A stretch of DNA of 63,110 nt, counting the filler, from Cercozoa sp. M6MM (lineage: Eukaryota; Protista; Endomyxa: Ascetosporea), in assembly GCA_040357565.1 (NCBI GenBank). It is 9 parts of 9 records of this genome, joined end to end, with 100 filler letters (N's around TTAATTAATTAA, not from the genome) between each part and the next. Parts side by side here need not be neighbours in the genome. Positions count along the whole stretch, not along the records: positions 1 to 3,456 come from JBDODJ010001448.1; positions 3,557 to 7,670 come from JBDODJ010001224.1; positions 7,771 to 15,559 come from JBDODJ010000594.1; 6 more parts are not named here. The stretch is one strand, 5' to 3'. This document shows positions 1-12,012 of the stretch, one piece after another (positions within the stretch are counted from its first letter, which is position 1; every line of letters begins with the position of its first letter). Both the position numbers and the translations under genes were made by a program. The notes below the pieces were generated by a model. The model made no database searches. It was given only the letters and a program-made list of their open reading frames with translations, and was not told the DNA's origin.

Positions 1-126
1 TTCCTACCCATCCCTTCCTACCCATCCCTTCCTACCCATCCCTTCCTTGCCCATTCCCTTCCTATCCTACCCGTACCCAATCCTATCTCAAGATATTATG
101 CTACTTGCGTCCCTCCCTCCCTCCAG

Positions 127-702
127 GTGGCGGCCGGCAAGGACGCTGGGCAGTACAAGTGTCAGTACTCGCTGCGCAGCGACACGCAGGTCTACGTGAT
201 TCCGGGTCCGGAGCGCTGCACGGTGATCTTTGGCGTCGAGTTCGCCGAGAACACGGACCGTGCCATTGCGCGCATCTTCATGAACAGCTTCCAGGAGGCC
301 AAGCGGCTGCGCGAGCTCTCGCTGGCGCCAATCTGCACCTACTCGCCGACGCCGCCGCTCGAGATCTCCGAGTTCGCGCCGACGCCGTCGGACTGCTCGG
401 TGGGCTTCCTGTCCTTCGTGGTGCAGACGCGTCACATGAACACGCCCGACAAGGTGACGCAGACGGCGCGCACACTCGTCGGCTTCCGCAACTACCTGCA
501 GTACCACATCAAGTGCTCCAAGGCCTTCTTCCACTCGCGCATGCGCGCGCGTGTCGCCAACCTGCTCAAGGTAGAGCCCATCCTATCCCCCATGCGATCT
601 GTGTATTAACTGTATTGTACTGTGTTATTGTACTGTATTGTACTGTGTTATTGTACTGTGTGGCAGGTGCTCAACCGAGCCAAGACGGATGCCGACTGGT
701 AA
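127..702 (+). CDS. ARPC2: Arp2/3 complex subunit 2 (p34-Arc), last two exons; 5' part is off the contig
   Basis: C-terminal signature FRNYLQYHIKCSKAFFHSRMRARVANLLK|VLNRAK. GT-AG intron 571-666; TAA at 700-702. Confidence 0.93.
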
Positions 703-1319
703 TTGCACGCGCCGGCTCTCTGTCGCCTGCCTGCTGTACAGAACACGCTTGGCACCCGCCACACACCTCGGGTCCGGCCTGTGTGCGTGTGACGTACCTT
801 ATTGTAGTAGCTTTTGCGTTTTGTTGAATATCTGAAAACAACCACTTTTGTTTAACCGACGGACGCCATTTGCGTCAGATATGTATATGTGTAACCCGAC
901 TCGGGTTCGGTTGGCACAGCTGCAAGTACCGAATTAGCAACGGAAAGCAGAGATAAATACATCAGTCATTAGATCAGAAGCTTCTGCTGGGTCTCGAAGT
1001 GATCCCACCGGAAGGAAGGTCGTAACAATGTGCCAAGAAAAACTTAGCCTGCGAACACAAGTGGGTGGAAAGGAACCAGCCTATCTTCAACGGAAACGCT
1101 AAACCACTAAATGAGACTTAACTGCTAAGGAGGTAGTACAAGTAGTAATATTCACTCTAACAAAGTGCGCTAAGCATCTCACGCTGCATGCTGTACGAAA
1201 GTCGATCAAATGGACGAGCAGCTTAATTTTTGGAAGAAAGTTCAGGATTTGGCGTTTTGTGCAGCTAGAGACCGAGAGACACGGGTCCATAGCAAACACA
1301 AAACAGATCACAGAATCGC

Positions 1320-2760
1320 ATGGAGAGGTATATTTTGCAAGCTCGTGGTTTTTGCAAAGTGCACCAAATCTTTTTTTCGGGCAAAAAACAACATTCTGCG
1401 TGTGCTTTTGGGATACATCTGCAAATTCCGATGTGAGTGCAGTCTTGGTGACTTGAGTGGCACGCCGCGCGTTGTGCTGCCAGAGCACACGCTTGCTGCA
1501 GGTAGTTTCTTCATCGTGCGAACTGACCTTGGATCGGCCTGGGCAAGGTTGTGATTGCGTTGCCAGAACAAGAGCTGCTGGTGAAGCAGGCCTCACAGAA
1601 GCTTCCGAGCGCGCATGATGATTTCCACCCGTCAAAGTTCCAGCAGGTGCTCTCTGCTTACGCCCGTACTTTTGGTGTGGCAGCAATCTTGTTCATTCTG
1701 TATCCAGGACGGTATCGACTACGAGCACGGCACAACAACACTCGGCTTTGTGGTACTGAGTCCCTCGCGAGTGTTTTATGAGGAGTACACGACTGAGATC
1801 TCTTCGCAGTTCAAGGGCGGTGTTATGCTGTGCGTCGACAGTCGTGCCTCGATGGGTTCTCTCTCTCTCCCACACTCGGGTTTTCTAACTTTTTGTTCTC
1901 TGTGCACTAGGCTCGTTCATTGCCTCCAATCGGGTCAAGAAGGTACCGTTTTGCTCTATCTATCTGTCTGTTCTAAAGTCGATGTGGTCTCGATAGATCA
2001 TTGAGATCAACCCGTTCCTGCTGGGTACGATGGCCGGTGGCGCCGCCGACTGCATGGTACCTGCTTTTACACCCCCTCAGTGAACCCTCCGACTTCTGGC
2101 TGTTTATGCCCCAGTTGTGTAGTATTGGGAGCGCGTGCTGTCAGTGCGGTGTCGTCTGTTCGAGCTTGAGAACAAGCAGCGTATCTCGGTACACACTAAC
2201 TTTCTTCCTTCTCGGGGTGCGACTCTTTGGCGATTATTGATATGTGTGTTTGTTCAGGTGCGTGCCGCGAGCAAGATCCTGAGCAACATTGTGTACTCGT
2301 ACCGCGGTAGAGGTCTCTCTATGGGCACCATGGTGGCTGGCTGGGATGCCAACGGCCCGCAGCTCTTCTACGTCGACTCAGGTAGTCTTGTCCGCCTCTA
2401 TTGCATGTGTTCCTCTGTCTGTGTATATTAATGGTGTCGCGCAGACGGCACGCGACTGCAGCACCATCTGTTCAGTGTCGGCAGTGGTTCCACCTTTGCC
2501 TACGGCGTGCTGGACACTGAGTACAAGTACGACATGACGGTACCAAAGGAGGCTTATAAAACAACAGTAGCAATGTCTGTGTCATGTTGTCACTATGTGC
2601 AGGAGGAAGAGGCGCACATGGTGGCCCGTCGTGCCATCTACCACGCCACTCACCGTGACGCTGCCTCGGGTGGCGTCTGCCAGTGCTACGTCATCCGAAA
2701 GGACGGCTGGGAGAGACTCTCCGCCTGCGACTCCTCGGTATATCAACCAACTACAGTACG

Positions 2761-2793
<33 letters not shown>

Positions 2794-2863
2794 TCATGCA
2801 CGTGTTTGTCTTTGTGTTTAGATCATCGAGGGCGCCACCGATGAATACGCCAACAACAAGTAG
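1320..2863 (+). CDS. PSMB5: 20S proteasome subunit beta 5, 12 exons
   Basis: Spliced product contains [63 protein letters not shown] and [14 protein letters not shown]. Eleven GT-AG introns keep frame from ATG 1320 to TAG 2861-2863. Confidence 0.96.
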
Positions 2864-3010
2864 TTTTAAACCGACATTTGACCGTATACGAAACGAATGC
2901 ATTTAGTTCATCGTATCGGATCGCATCGATCGCGATGGCTTTGACGTGATTCGATACGTACGAGTTTCTTCAAAGTTGCCAGTACTGTTGGTTGACTCGA
3001 TTGCTCGGGT

Positions 3011-3173
3011 CAGCGCATGGCGGGGTTTTTCAAGGCAAAATCATAGTTATAGAGTTTAAGGGGTAAGGGGAGCAAAGGGGGTAAAGATGGCAAGGCGGGT
3101 TAAGGGCTAAGGGAGGTTAAGGGGTAGATGGGGGGGGGTTCGGTTTTGCCTCGAAAAACCCCGCCATACCCTG
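3011..3173. mobile_element. MITE-like element with about 30-bp terminal inverted repeats
   Basis: Left arm CAGCGCATGGCGGGGTTTTTCAAGGCAAAA (3011-3040); right arm TTTTGCCTCGAAAAACCCCGCCATACCCTG (3144-3173). The inner 24 bp match 23/24. Non-coding G-rich interior. Confidence 0.6.
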
Positions 3174-3456
3174 GGTCAGCCCCACATTTAATCATTCGAT
3201 TCGGTATGAATTGACGAGGTCCGTCTGATCGGGCTAGAGCTGCGCCGGCGCCGCAGTGAGCGCTAGCAGGTCGGCCGAGATGCGCGGCGACACCGAGCAC
3301 TCGCTCTGCAGCGTCAGTGCTGCCCTGTGGGGGGGGGGGGGCGGGGGTTAAGGTAAGATACAGTGGGGGCTAAGAGGCAAAGGTACGCCTCGGCGGCCAC
3401 AGGAACGGCGCGTTCCTCCGACACTCCGCGCAGCACTGTCGCCGCTCTGGGAGGGG

Positions 3457-3556
3457 NNNNNNNNNNNNNNNNNNNNNNNNNNNNNNNNNNNNNNNNNNNN
3501 TTAATTAATTAANNNNNNNNNNNNNNNNNNNNNNNNNNNNNNNNNNNNNNNNNNNN
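3457..3556. other. Artificial contig spacer (N + TTAATTAATTAA + N). Same spacer at about 7671-7770, 15560-15659, 21954-22053, 53850-53949, 57008-57107, 58372-58471 and 61518-61617
   Basis: Identical six-frame-stop linker inside 100-bp N blocks; many contig ends fall in microsatellites. Confidence 0.97.
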
Positions 3557-3605
<49 letters not shown>

Positions 3606-3644
3606 TGGCGTACCCAGATAAAGACAAGACAAAAGCACACATAC

Positions 3645-6154
3645 CTGCGTGCCGACTCAAGCTGCATCTTGTCCAACTGCACGGCAGCACGGTACCGTGC
3701 ACGTGCACGTCGCCACACGCGCGGGTCAAACTGCAGCATGCGTTCGCCCTCCTCAAGCACGTCGGTCGGCTTGCGGTTGATCGACTGACAGATCGCCGAC
3801 AGAAGCGGCAGCTCCTCGGGTGCCACGAGTGCCAGCGAGGCACCACTCCTGCTCGCAACAACGAGTCTCTTGCAAGGCAGATAGAGGCATGCACAACAAG
3901 TTTGTACCGACCAGCACGTGCAGTACGACCGCTGCGGTGCACATAGATCTCGGCACTGCGCGGTAGTTGCGCGTGCACGACGAGGTTGACCTCGGGCACG
4001 TCGACACCGCGTGCGGCGACGTCGGTACTGAGCAGGATGCCGGAGCCACTCTTCTTCCACTGATCGAGCGCCTTGAGTCGCCTCTTCTGGTGCATGTGTG
4101 CGTGCAGCGTGAACACAGGCAGGTCCAACAAGCGCAGCAGCGACGACAGACGACGCACGTAGGTCACGGCGTTGACAAAGACGACCATGAGACCGCGCAT
4201 CGCGTCCGGCACGTTGTCGCCCTCGAGTCGGCACTGACGCAGCATGAGCAGTGCGCACAGGTACTGCTCCTTCTCGTTGCCGACGCAGCGAACGAAGCGC
4301 TCGCTGATCCTCTGGGCCACCTTGCGTTCCTCGGACAGGTCGACCACGAGGGTGCTCTTGCTCTGCAAACGCAGCTCCTCCACCAGCTGCGCCACCACGG
4401 AGCCTTGCTTTTGCTGCTTTCGCTTGTGCATCTTGGACTTCTTCTCGCCCTGAATGTACGTAAGTGACCATGCACACAGCACATATACGAGGTGGGATAG
4501 AGTCTTGGGTGTGACTACCGTCTTGCGTGTCTCGAGTCGCTCGCGCGCGTCCATCGACAACGTCGCCGAGAACAGCATCGACTGCAGCGGCTTGCCTCCT
4601 GTCGTAAGGACACCCACAAGTGTACACCACTGGAACAACATCGATATCCGCGCACGGAGTACCCTTCTGCGCGTGCACGTAGTCGAGAATGCTGCTGAGC
4701 TCGCGGAAGTGACCGTCGGCCACGAGTCGATCGGCCTCATCGAACACGAGAAAGTTGAGTCGGCCCTGCAGACACGCATAGGGAACACACACACACACAC
4801 ACAAGTGCATGCCTAAACACTGCCAACTGCGTACGCACCATGTTACGCACGAACTGGACGCCGAGCGTCTTAATATCCACTTGGGTCGTTTCAAGATTAT
4901 CGTGCGCCGACACGAGGGTTGAGTCGGGCCGCATCAACGCCCACAAACGACCAGGCGTGGCCACCACCACCTGCGGCTGCTTCGACAACAACTGCTCGCA
5001 CACGCACACCATTATCAAGGCACACACGAAATGACACCAATGGGGAGGGAGAGAGGTACACGCAGCTGCTTCTCGAGCGACATGCCACCGACGACAGTGA
5101 CCACATCGATACCGGTGTCGTTATGTCGATTGCCTTGATCGTCGCTCTTGCACAAGGTCTCCAGCAACTCCTTGCGCACCTAAGCGCACTCTCATCACTT
5201 TACACTCATGTCAAAAGCACTGTGCTATGCGAAGCCTACCTGCAAGGCAAGTTCACGGGTCGGCACAACAATCAAAGCACTCATGCCAACGGCTTGAGAC
5301 TTCTGCTGAGGCAGAGGCCCCGTGAAGTTGCTCTGTTTCTCTTCTTCCTTGGCTCGGCGCTGCAGGATTCGCGTCAGCACCGGCAGGCCAAAGGCAAGTG
5401 TCTTACCACTGCCAGTGGGAGCCTGTGAAAGTTCAACTCCGTGTACAGGAAAACAGAAAGGAATGTGACAATGCGAAGCCTACCGCAGCGAGAATCGACT
5501 TGCCGTGAATGGCACTTTCGATCACGGCCGTCTGCACTCGCGTCGGCGACGAGAAACCGCGTCGCAGCAGACCGTGCATGATCTGCGGCGGCAAGTCCAT
5601 CTTGCGCCAGGGTGCCTACAGTTCAAGCACAGCCGGAAAGGTACATCATGTTGCAAACACTGGGAAAAGAAAGAGAAAACCATGTCAGCGTTGGCGTCCC
5701 AGTCGAACCAAGCCAGTTGCTGCTGCCGTTCGAGTTTCTTGTCGAGTTTCTGCTGACGCTCGCGCTCGAGTCGCTCGCGCCTGCGCTGCTTCTTGAACTC
5801 GCGTCGCTCCTGCAACATCTTCTGTCGCTTCAGTTGCTTCTTCGTCTTTTGCTTCTTCTGCTTCGGTTCGCCTGTTTCGTCTTCTTCAATCACGGCAGCT
5901 GCAGCAGCTTGACTCTCCTTTTCAGCCACTTCGCCAGCACCGACCTCGGCTTCTTCGCCTGCTTCGTCTTCTTCCAAGACAAGAGAGGCGTCAAAGTGCT
6001 GTGTGTGCTTCTTCAGCTCCTCCGCACTCACTTCGGTAAACAGGTCGCCGGCGATCTCGTCCCAGGCCCACTCCGTCGCGCCCGGCAGGATCTCCTCGAT
6101 TGGCTCGCTGACGTGCTCGCGGTCGCGCTGCTTGCGGCTGCGCTTGCGACCCAT
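3645..6154 (-). CDS. DDX24: DEAD-box RNA helicase, DDX24/Mak5 family, multi-exon, 3' end truncated at the contig edge
   Basis: Q motif GFSSPTRVQ, motif [43 protein letters not shown] and [27 protein letters not shown] and [15 protein letters not shown] are Mak5-like. Confidence 0.85.
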
Positions 6155-6398
6155 CGGAAAATATTCAACTCAAACAAGGCACTCGCGCGCCGTCTAATGC
6201 ACTGTAGCGTTGTATTAATTGTTTCATTTTTGATAATTTTTGTTCCGATTTGTCCACAAGAGCCGAATTGATTCGGGGTTTGAGCCATACAAGCTGTCGT
6301 TGTCGTTTGGGAAATCGAGGGACAGTCAGCGCGTGTTCACATTGAGTGGATTTTTGTCGTAGGGGGTTCACAGCTGCCGCGATCGACAAACCAATAAT

Positions 6399-6611
6399 AT
6401 GCAGGATCGGTTGACGGCTCTTCGTGATGGCAGTGGCATCAATCCCGTAATGGACATTCTCGTTGAGTATGATACCGGCGTAACGCTGCCGTTGTTGACA
6501 TAAGTGTGTTCTGTAGTTTGACGATGAACCGGTAGACACCCGGGATTTCGACGTCGAAAACCCACAAGACAAGCCGGATACAGCCTCTGTCGATGCTCTG
6601 TGCGGAGTCTT

Positions 6612-6669
<58 letters not shown>

Positions 6670-7625
6670 GTCAGTATCGGTGGTTGGACTGCGTTTTTGG
6701 GTTGCTTGCACAGAGTGGCCAGGTTTTCGCCAGTACAGGCGCACATTGCGGCCATTGAAGCTGCAGCACGCGACGTGCATGCTCTTCACAGAGAGGTATG
6801 ACGCCGCCATGTACTCTTGCTGGCACTGCTTGTTGTGCTTGCAGTTAGAGTGTACGTTTATAGAGCGACACGGCCACTGACGAGGCGGCACACCAGGCAC
6901 TGTTGCGAAGACTGGACGACATCATGTCCAACGCACGACGCGAGGGCAAACTCGCATCGGTCCAGCTGAAGGAGATCGAGAGCGACCTGCAGAAGGACGT
7001 GGCCCGCAGCGACAATCCTTTCGCCCAATCGGCATCACAACTCATGGCACAGGTACCTTGTTCCCCGGCTACCTTTCTTCGCACTCTCTGTTACTTTTCA
7101 TCGGGCAGAACCTTCTGCGAACCAACAGACACCACCTGATGGAGGTTCTCACCGACTTCAATCGCGAGAGCGAGCAGTTTCGAGCGGCACTCAAGGACAA
7201 AATACGCCGTCTCGCACGCGTTGTTTTCGCCGATGCCTCTGGTGCGACTTCTCCTTCTTTCTTGTCCTGTGACTTAAGCCTGTTATCCTCACTCTGTTCC
7301 CGCCAGAGGATGAGATCGAGCAGATCGCCGACAGCGACAATCCAATGCAACTCATCACAAAACAACTCGTTTCTGACGGTAGTTTCTTTCCCCACTTTCA
7401 CTTTAAACTTTACACTCACCGCACACACAGCGGTCCTGGACCAGGTGGCCTTCATCGAGCAGAGGCACGAGTCGATGCTGCGAATCGAGCGCTCTGTGCG
7501 CGAGCTGGCGGCGCTGTTTGAAGATCTCGCTCTCCTTGTGGATCAGCAGCAGGAACTCCTCGACAACATCGAACAGAACGTCGAGCGCACGCGGGAGTAC
7601 ACCGAGCAGGCCGCCCTCAACGTCG
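6399..7625 (+). CDS. Plasma-membrane-type syntaxin (Qa-SNARE); transmembrane end is off the contig
   Basis: N-peptide MQDRL, Habc-like helices, and SNARE motif IEQRHESMLRIERSVRELAALFEDLALLVDQQQELLDNIEQNVERTREYT. Confidence 0.9.
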
Positions 7626-7770
7626 TACAATTTCACTCGATTCTGCTGGGGTTTGTGCCTTATTAGATTANNNNNNNNNNNNNNNNNNNNNNNNNNNNNN
7701 NNNNNNNNNNNNNNTTAATTAATTAANNNNNNNNNNNNNNNNNNNNNNNNNNNNNNNNNNNNNNNNNNNN

Positions 7771-7818
<48 letters not shown>

Positions 7819-8311
7819 CACTACATCGCAGCGTCGCCACAGCGAACTGACACTTTTGAAACTGAATTGAAACCGAATTTCGAACTCCTCTGTCTGCTAG
7901 CACTTTTGAACAATACTCATTGTTGATGTTGTCTGGCGTCTTTCGGCTTCTTGCGCGTCTGGCGGTGCGTGCTGCCTATCACTCTACTTGCACGTCAGGT
8001 CGGTGTGCTTCCTCGTAGTGTGTCCAATCAGGTCACCAAAAAACGCTCGAGTTGACGTACTACTCTGCGATGCAACGACTAACGGAGATGTACATCGTGA
8101 ATGTTTATCTTAACGCGATACTGTACGCAGTGACCTGAATCATTCTCACGACACCGACTGCACTATGCCCAGTTTCAGTTCCCATTCCAAAAGGAATTCG
8201 AACTACGTGTAGTTTAATTTCGTCACTTACCCGCGCCGCTTACTTATTAGTTAGTGCCATTGGAGGGAACTGCGTCGGACTCTGCAAGACGCGAGCGGAA
8301 TCTGATGGGAC

Positions 8312-9934
8312 TTAGACCGTGCGCTCCTGCAGGTCATCGCAGCCGAGCTCGAGGAGCTTCACGTAGGCGTCCTTGAAGTCGTTGAAGAAGCGTCGCTCAT
8401 CCTTGGCGTACAAGTCGACCCACTTTCGGAACTCCGGGTCGAACTTGAGCTCCATGTCACTGCACTCAGCGAGAAACAAGGAGGGTGTACAAACACGTTC
8501 CGGATTGATACAGAGCGCAAAAGAGCTACGTGGGGAGCATCATGAGATCGCCAGACTCGTCCTCGTACTGCAACGGGCCGTCCCACTTCTTGACCTGCAC
8601 ACGGACAAACGTAGAAGCAGGAGCACGCGCATCATATCGTTTCACAGTACGGTCCAGTTGCGGTTGAGGAGCTCCTGGAAGAACAGGTTGCTGAACGTCG
8701 TTGGTGCGCGCGTCCACGGACTGCAGAAACGCGGAGCCTTACTCAGTATGACACACACGCACACACACACACACACACACACGCACGCACGCACGCACAC
8801 ACACACACACACACGCACACACACACACACACACAAGATGCGAGGACAAGCATGGAATACCCGTCGTAGCCGGATCTGTCTCGGTGGCAGCGACCGATGG
8901 TGTGACCACCGCCGATCAAGGCGACCATCTCCTGGTCGGTGAAGCCCATGCGGCCTGCCCAACACGCACGCGAGCACAGTAATCCAGCAAGCAAGCAACT
9001 TAAGGACAGAGCGCACCGAACACGTCGCGGATGTGCTTGGCGTTCAGAGCGGCATCCGGTAGACGGCCCTGCACAGGGCAAGCAGCCGCCGAGGCAGCGT
9101 CCGAACGGCCCGGGTGGAAGGGAACAGTGGGACCTCCCATGTACTCCTGCGCACGGGTCACAGTATACAGGGATAGATGGCAGAGAACAGAAGTGAGGTG
9201 AGGTACAATGGCGACGCACGAGGCGAGCACCCAGAGGTCGGCGTGCGACACCTTGCCGCCGTACTTCTTGTAGATTTTCTCGAGGCGGGTGCGCGCATGC
9301 TCGAGACCGGCGTTGGCACCATCACTGCGCAATTGCCCGCGTGAAGTTGCAGGTGCACACACGTGCATGTGCAAGTGTATACAAGTAATGGGTACCCAGC
9401 CTCCGGGCCAAAACGCATGGTGGCTCCGTCGCTGCCGCCAGTGTGGTCCTTCTTCGAGTAGGTGCCCGAGGAGTGCCAGGCCAGTCGGCAGAACACGGGG
9501 CCCCAGGAACCATCGTCCCAGTCAAGGTCCTCCATCATCTCGACGACGTCGTCGCGCACCTCGTTCCAGTTCAGCGGACGCGTCATTCGGTCGTACACCT
9601 GCAAACCAGAGAAACCAACGGCGTAACCAATAAGAGCAACGACAACATCTTTGTTCATACGTAGGTGCCGACAGCGCCAACGGCGAGACCGAACACCAAC
9701 GGAGCGACCGGGCCAGCTCCAGCGGCGGCAGCAATACCCTGAACAAAGAAACGATAAAACCAGTTTAGATGAACGACAGCAAACGACATACGCCAAGTTC
9801 AAAGCCGAGCTTGCGCGACTGAGGCGCCATAGCGCGCTAGCAAACAGCACACATCGTGAGCAACAACATCGCAGCGACCATCGCTGGACAGCACGGCTTA
9901 CCGTGGCTGTGCGAATCATCTGACGACGGAACAT
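8312..9934 (-). CDS. Mitochondrial cytochrome c peroxidase (class I heme peroxidase), multi-exon
   Basis: Distal [37 protein letters not shown], proximal GGGHTIG, SGYDGPWT (radical Trp) and LMMLPTD. Arg-rich presequence MFRRQMIRT. Confidence 0.92.
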
Positions 9935-10382
9935 TTGAAAGTGCTGAGAGGTCTTGTCTGCTGGTTCAAACCAATGTAAGCACAAAGACAGGAGTACACT
10001 CGCAAAATCGCACAAATTTCGGAAACGAAAATTCGAAACGATCAAAACAAAAAACTGTTAGTTGCAAGCCACCTATTAGCAAAGCTGAGCAACAAGGAGC
10101 AAGATTGGATCAAAACAGTGTGTTGAATTGCAATGGAAAGTCAAAGAAGTCTCTGCAACTCACAAACGATGACCATGAGCTGGAACAGGGGGTCAGCGCT
10201 GGTACAGTACAACAAAAAGCCGACTCTTATTGTAGCCATTGTTGGAAGCGCCAAAACACACCCCAACCGTATCTAGAGGCCTCCGTATACTATACTCGCG
10301 GTATTTAGGCTATTCTGGGATTCGGTGTCCGAGAAGTTGTTTTTCTCTGCGTGCTTCTTGATCAACGTTTTGTGTAGGTGCG

Positions 10383-11064
10383 ATGGCGAACAAGAAGGCA
10401 TCTAAAGCGGCCGCCAAGCCTTCTGATTCGCAGAAACCCAAAAAGATCATCCAGAAAGCTCGCGTGATTAAAAAGAAGCGAAATGTGATTCGTGGCAAGA
10501 ACAAGTCAGGCCGCACATGGAAGAAGGTACTGGCTGTGCGCATGAACAAACACCACACATTTGATTCCACTGACTTGTTCAGGTTGAGACGGCCCCGACG
10601 CGCGATATGCACCAAAAATCACAGTCAGCCCTCAAGACGCAAAAGGATTCGGTAGGCACCTCGTGTCGTGCCTCTGTGTTTCTTATGTTTGGATTTGACA
10701 GTACGCGCGAAAGGAGGAACTGAAGAGAATTCAAGAGGCCGCTGCTGAACTCAAGTACATTGCTTGATTGTGGCACATACGTCGTTTATGTTAAATGTGA
10801 TTGCTTTTTGTCGTTAGGGAGTTTGAAAACGAAAAGCGCCGCGAGGAAGCGCGAAGACGCGAGCAGAAACGACTGCAGATGGAGGTCCCTTTTTCTTTTG
10901 TGCTCACTGCGGTTTCTGCTGTCTTTATTTATCTTGTATCATTTGTGCAGGAGAACGCCAGAAAGGGCCTTGTCGTCCAGGTCATCACTAACACAGAGAA
11001 GCTCAAGAAGATGAAGAAGAAGCATTTGCTGCAAGTCCGCACCATGGACACCACGTTGCTTTAA
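10383..11064 (+). CDS. CCDC86: CCDC86/Cgr1-like nucleolar coiled-coil protein, 5 exons
   Basis: KSGRTWK motif and C-terminal ENARKGLVVQVITNTEKLKKMKKKHLLQVRTMDT; four GT-AG introns keep frame. Confidence 0.82.
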
Positions 11065-11178
11065 TCGGACGTTGCAGAGCTGGCAGTTCGGTCGGGCTGG
11101 TCGGTTGTCGTTTCATTAACTTTACAGCACTTGAATTCCAAGACTGGATTCGTTCATTGGACTACTGCCTTCCCACGT

Positions 11179-11295
11179 GCACCAACCATGAAGTCGACTT
11201 CGGGAGTTGCATGATCCTACCCTAAGCGGGCGGTAAACACGTCCATGCTCTTGTGAGCCACCCCAGACTCGTGCAGGGGAACTACATAGTTGGTT
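11179..11295 (+). mobile_element. Short copy of the non-LTR retrotransposon 3' UTR, with an internal deletion and missing the extreme tail
   Basis: Aligns to the reverse complement of about 55786-55924 (GCACCAACCATGAAGTCGACTTCG ... CCCTAAGCGGGCGGTA ... CCATGCTCTTGTGA ... GTGCAGGGGAACTACATAGTTGGTT). CTTCCCAC occurs on both flanks and may be a decayed TSD. Confidence 0.88.
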
Positions 11296-11446
11296 GGCTT
11301 CCCACCATTTTCCGTCTTTTTAAAAAGCGGTCCAAAGTGACCACACAGCGCTCCGGGGATGCTGTGCAATCTCTTTCTGAGCTTTTCAGGCGATCTAGTT
11401 GTTAGAAGTGTGTGTTGCCTTCACACTGAGTTTAGTGCGTGGCCCA

Positions 11447-11965
11447 ATGCAGCCGATCGACACAGGTGACGCCTCTCGATTGGGCGTCACCAACAACCCA
11501 CCAGCAGAATCGCCCGGCAGCCCAACTCCTATCACAAGCACAGATCAATGCCCGCATGAGCAGAACCAAGCGATCGTTTTGGTGCTTCTGTTTTTCCGTG
11601 TTACTTTTTGTTGATTATTTTTGACCACTTGGGTTGCGTGGGCGTTTCCTGTTTGTGGCATCAGCCACCGTTGATCGATTGTGGATGTTTTGCACTAACT
11701 CGTGTTTGCTGTAATACTAGCAGAATGAGCGTGCCGAAGCATTGCGGCGCATCTTAGAGCGTCTGGGCGACGCCGTACAGGTGCGAAATCAGTCATCCTT
11801 CTGTCTTTTTTTTTTAATCCGAAGCTGTCGCAGTTGAGCAACATTGACCGCAGCGCCGCAGCATTGGTGAACATGCGAAAAGTGCGGATTATGAGAAAGC
11901 GTCTGCGACGAAAACCGCCTGTCGAAGCAAAAGCGCCTGAACGCTGTGAGTTTGCCTTTGTCTGA
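11447..11965 (+). CDS. Hypothetical small multi-exon protein
   Basis: ATG 11447; coding-like segments (ERAEALRRILERLGDAVQ; LVNMRKVRIMRKRLRR) separated by T-rich GT-AG gaps; no recognisable family. Confidence 0.35.
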
Positions 11966-12012
11966 ACACGGTCGGCCCAGCCCTTTGTGAGACCACCTTT
12001 CTTTATGCCACC

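Noticed and set aside
1012-1235. rRNA-like GTCGTAACAA and Sm-site-like AATTTTTGG
   Set aside because: Isolated short matches with no flanking rRNA or snRNA sequence.
3501-3512. TTAATTAATTAA repeated eight times across the window
   Set aside because: Synthetic six-frame-stop linker inside N padding; not biological.
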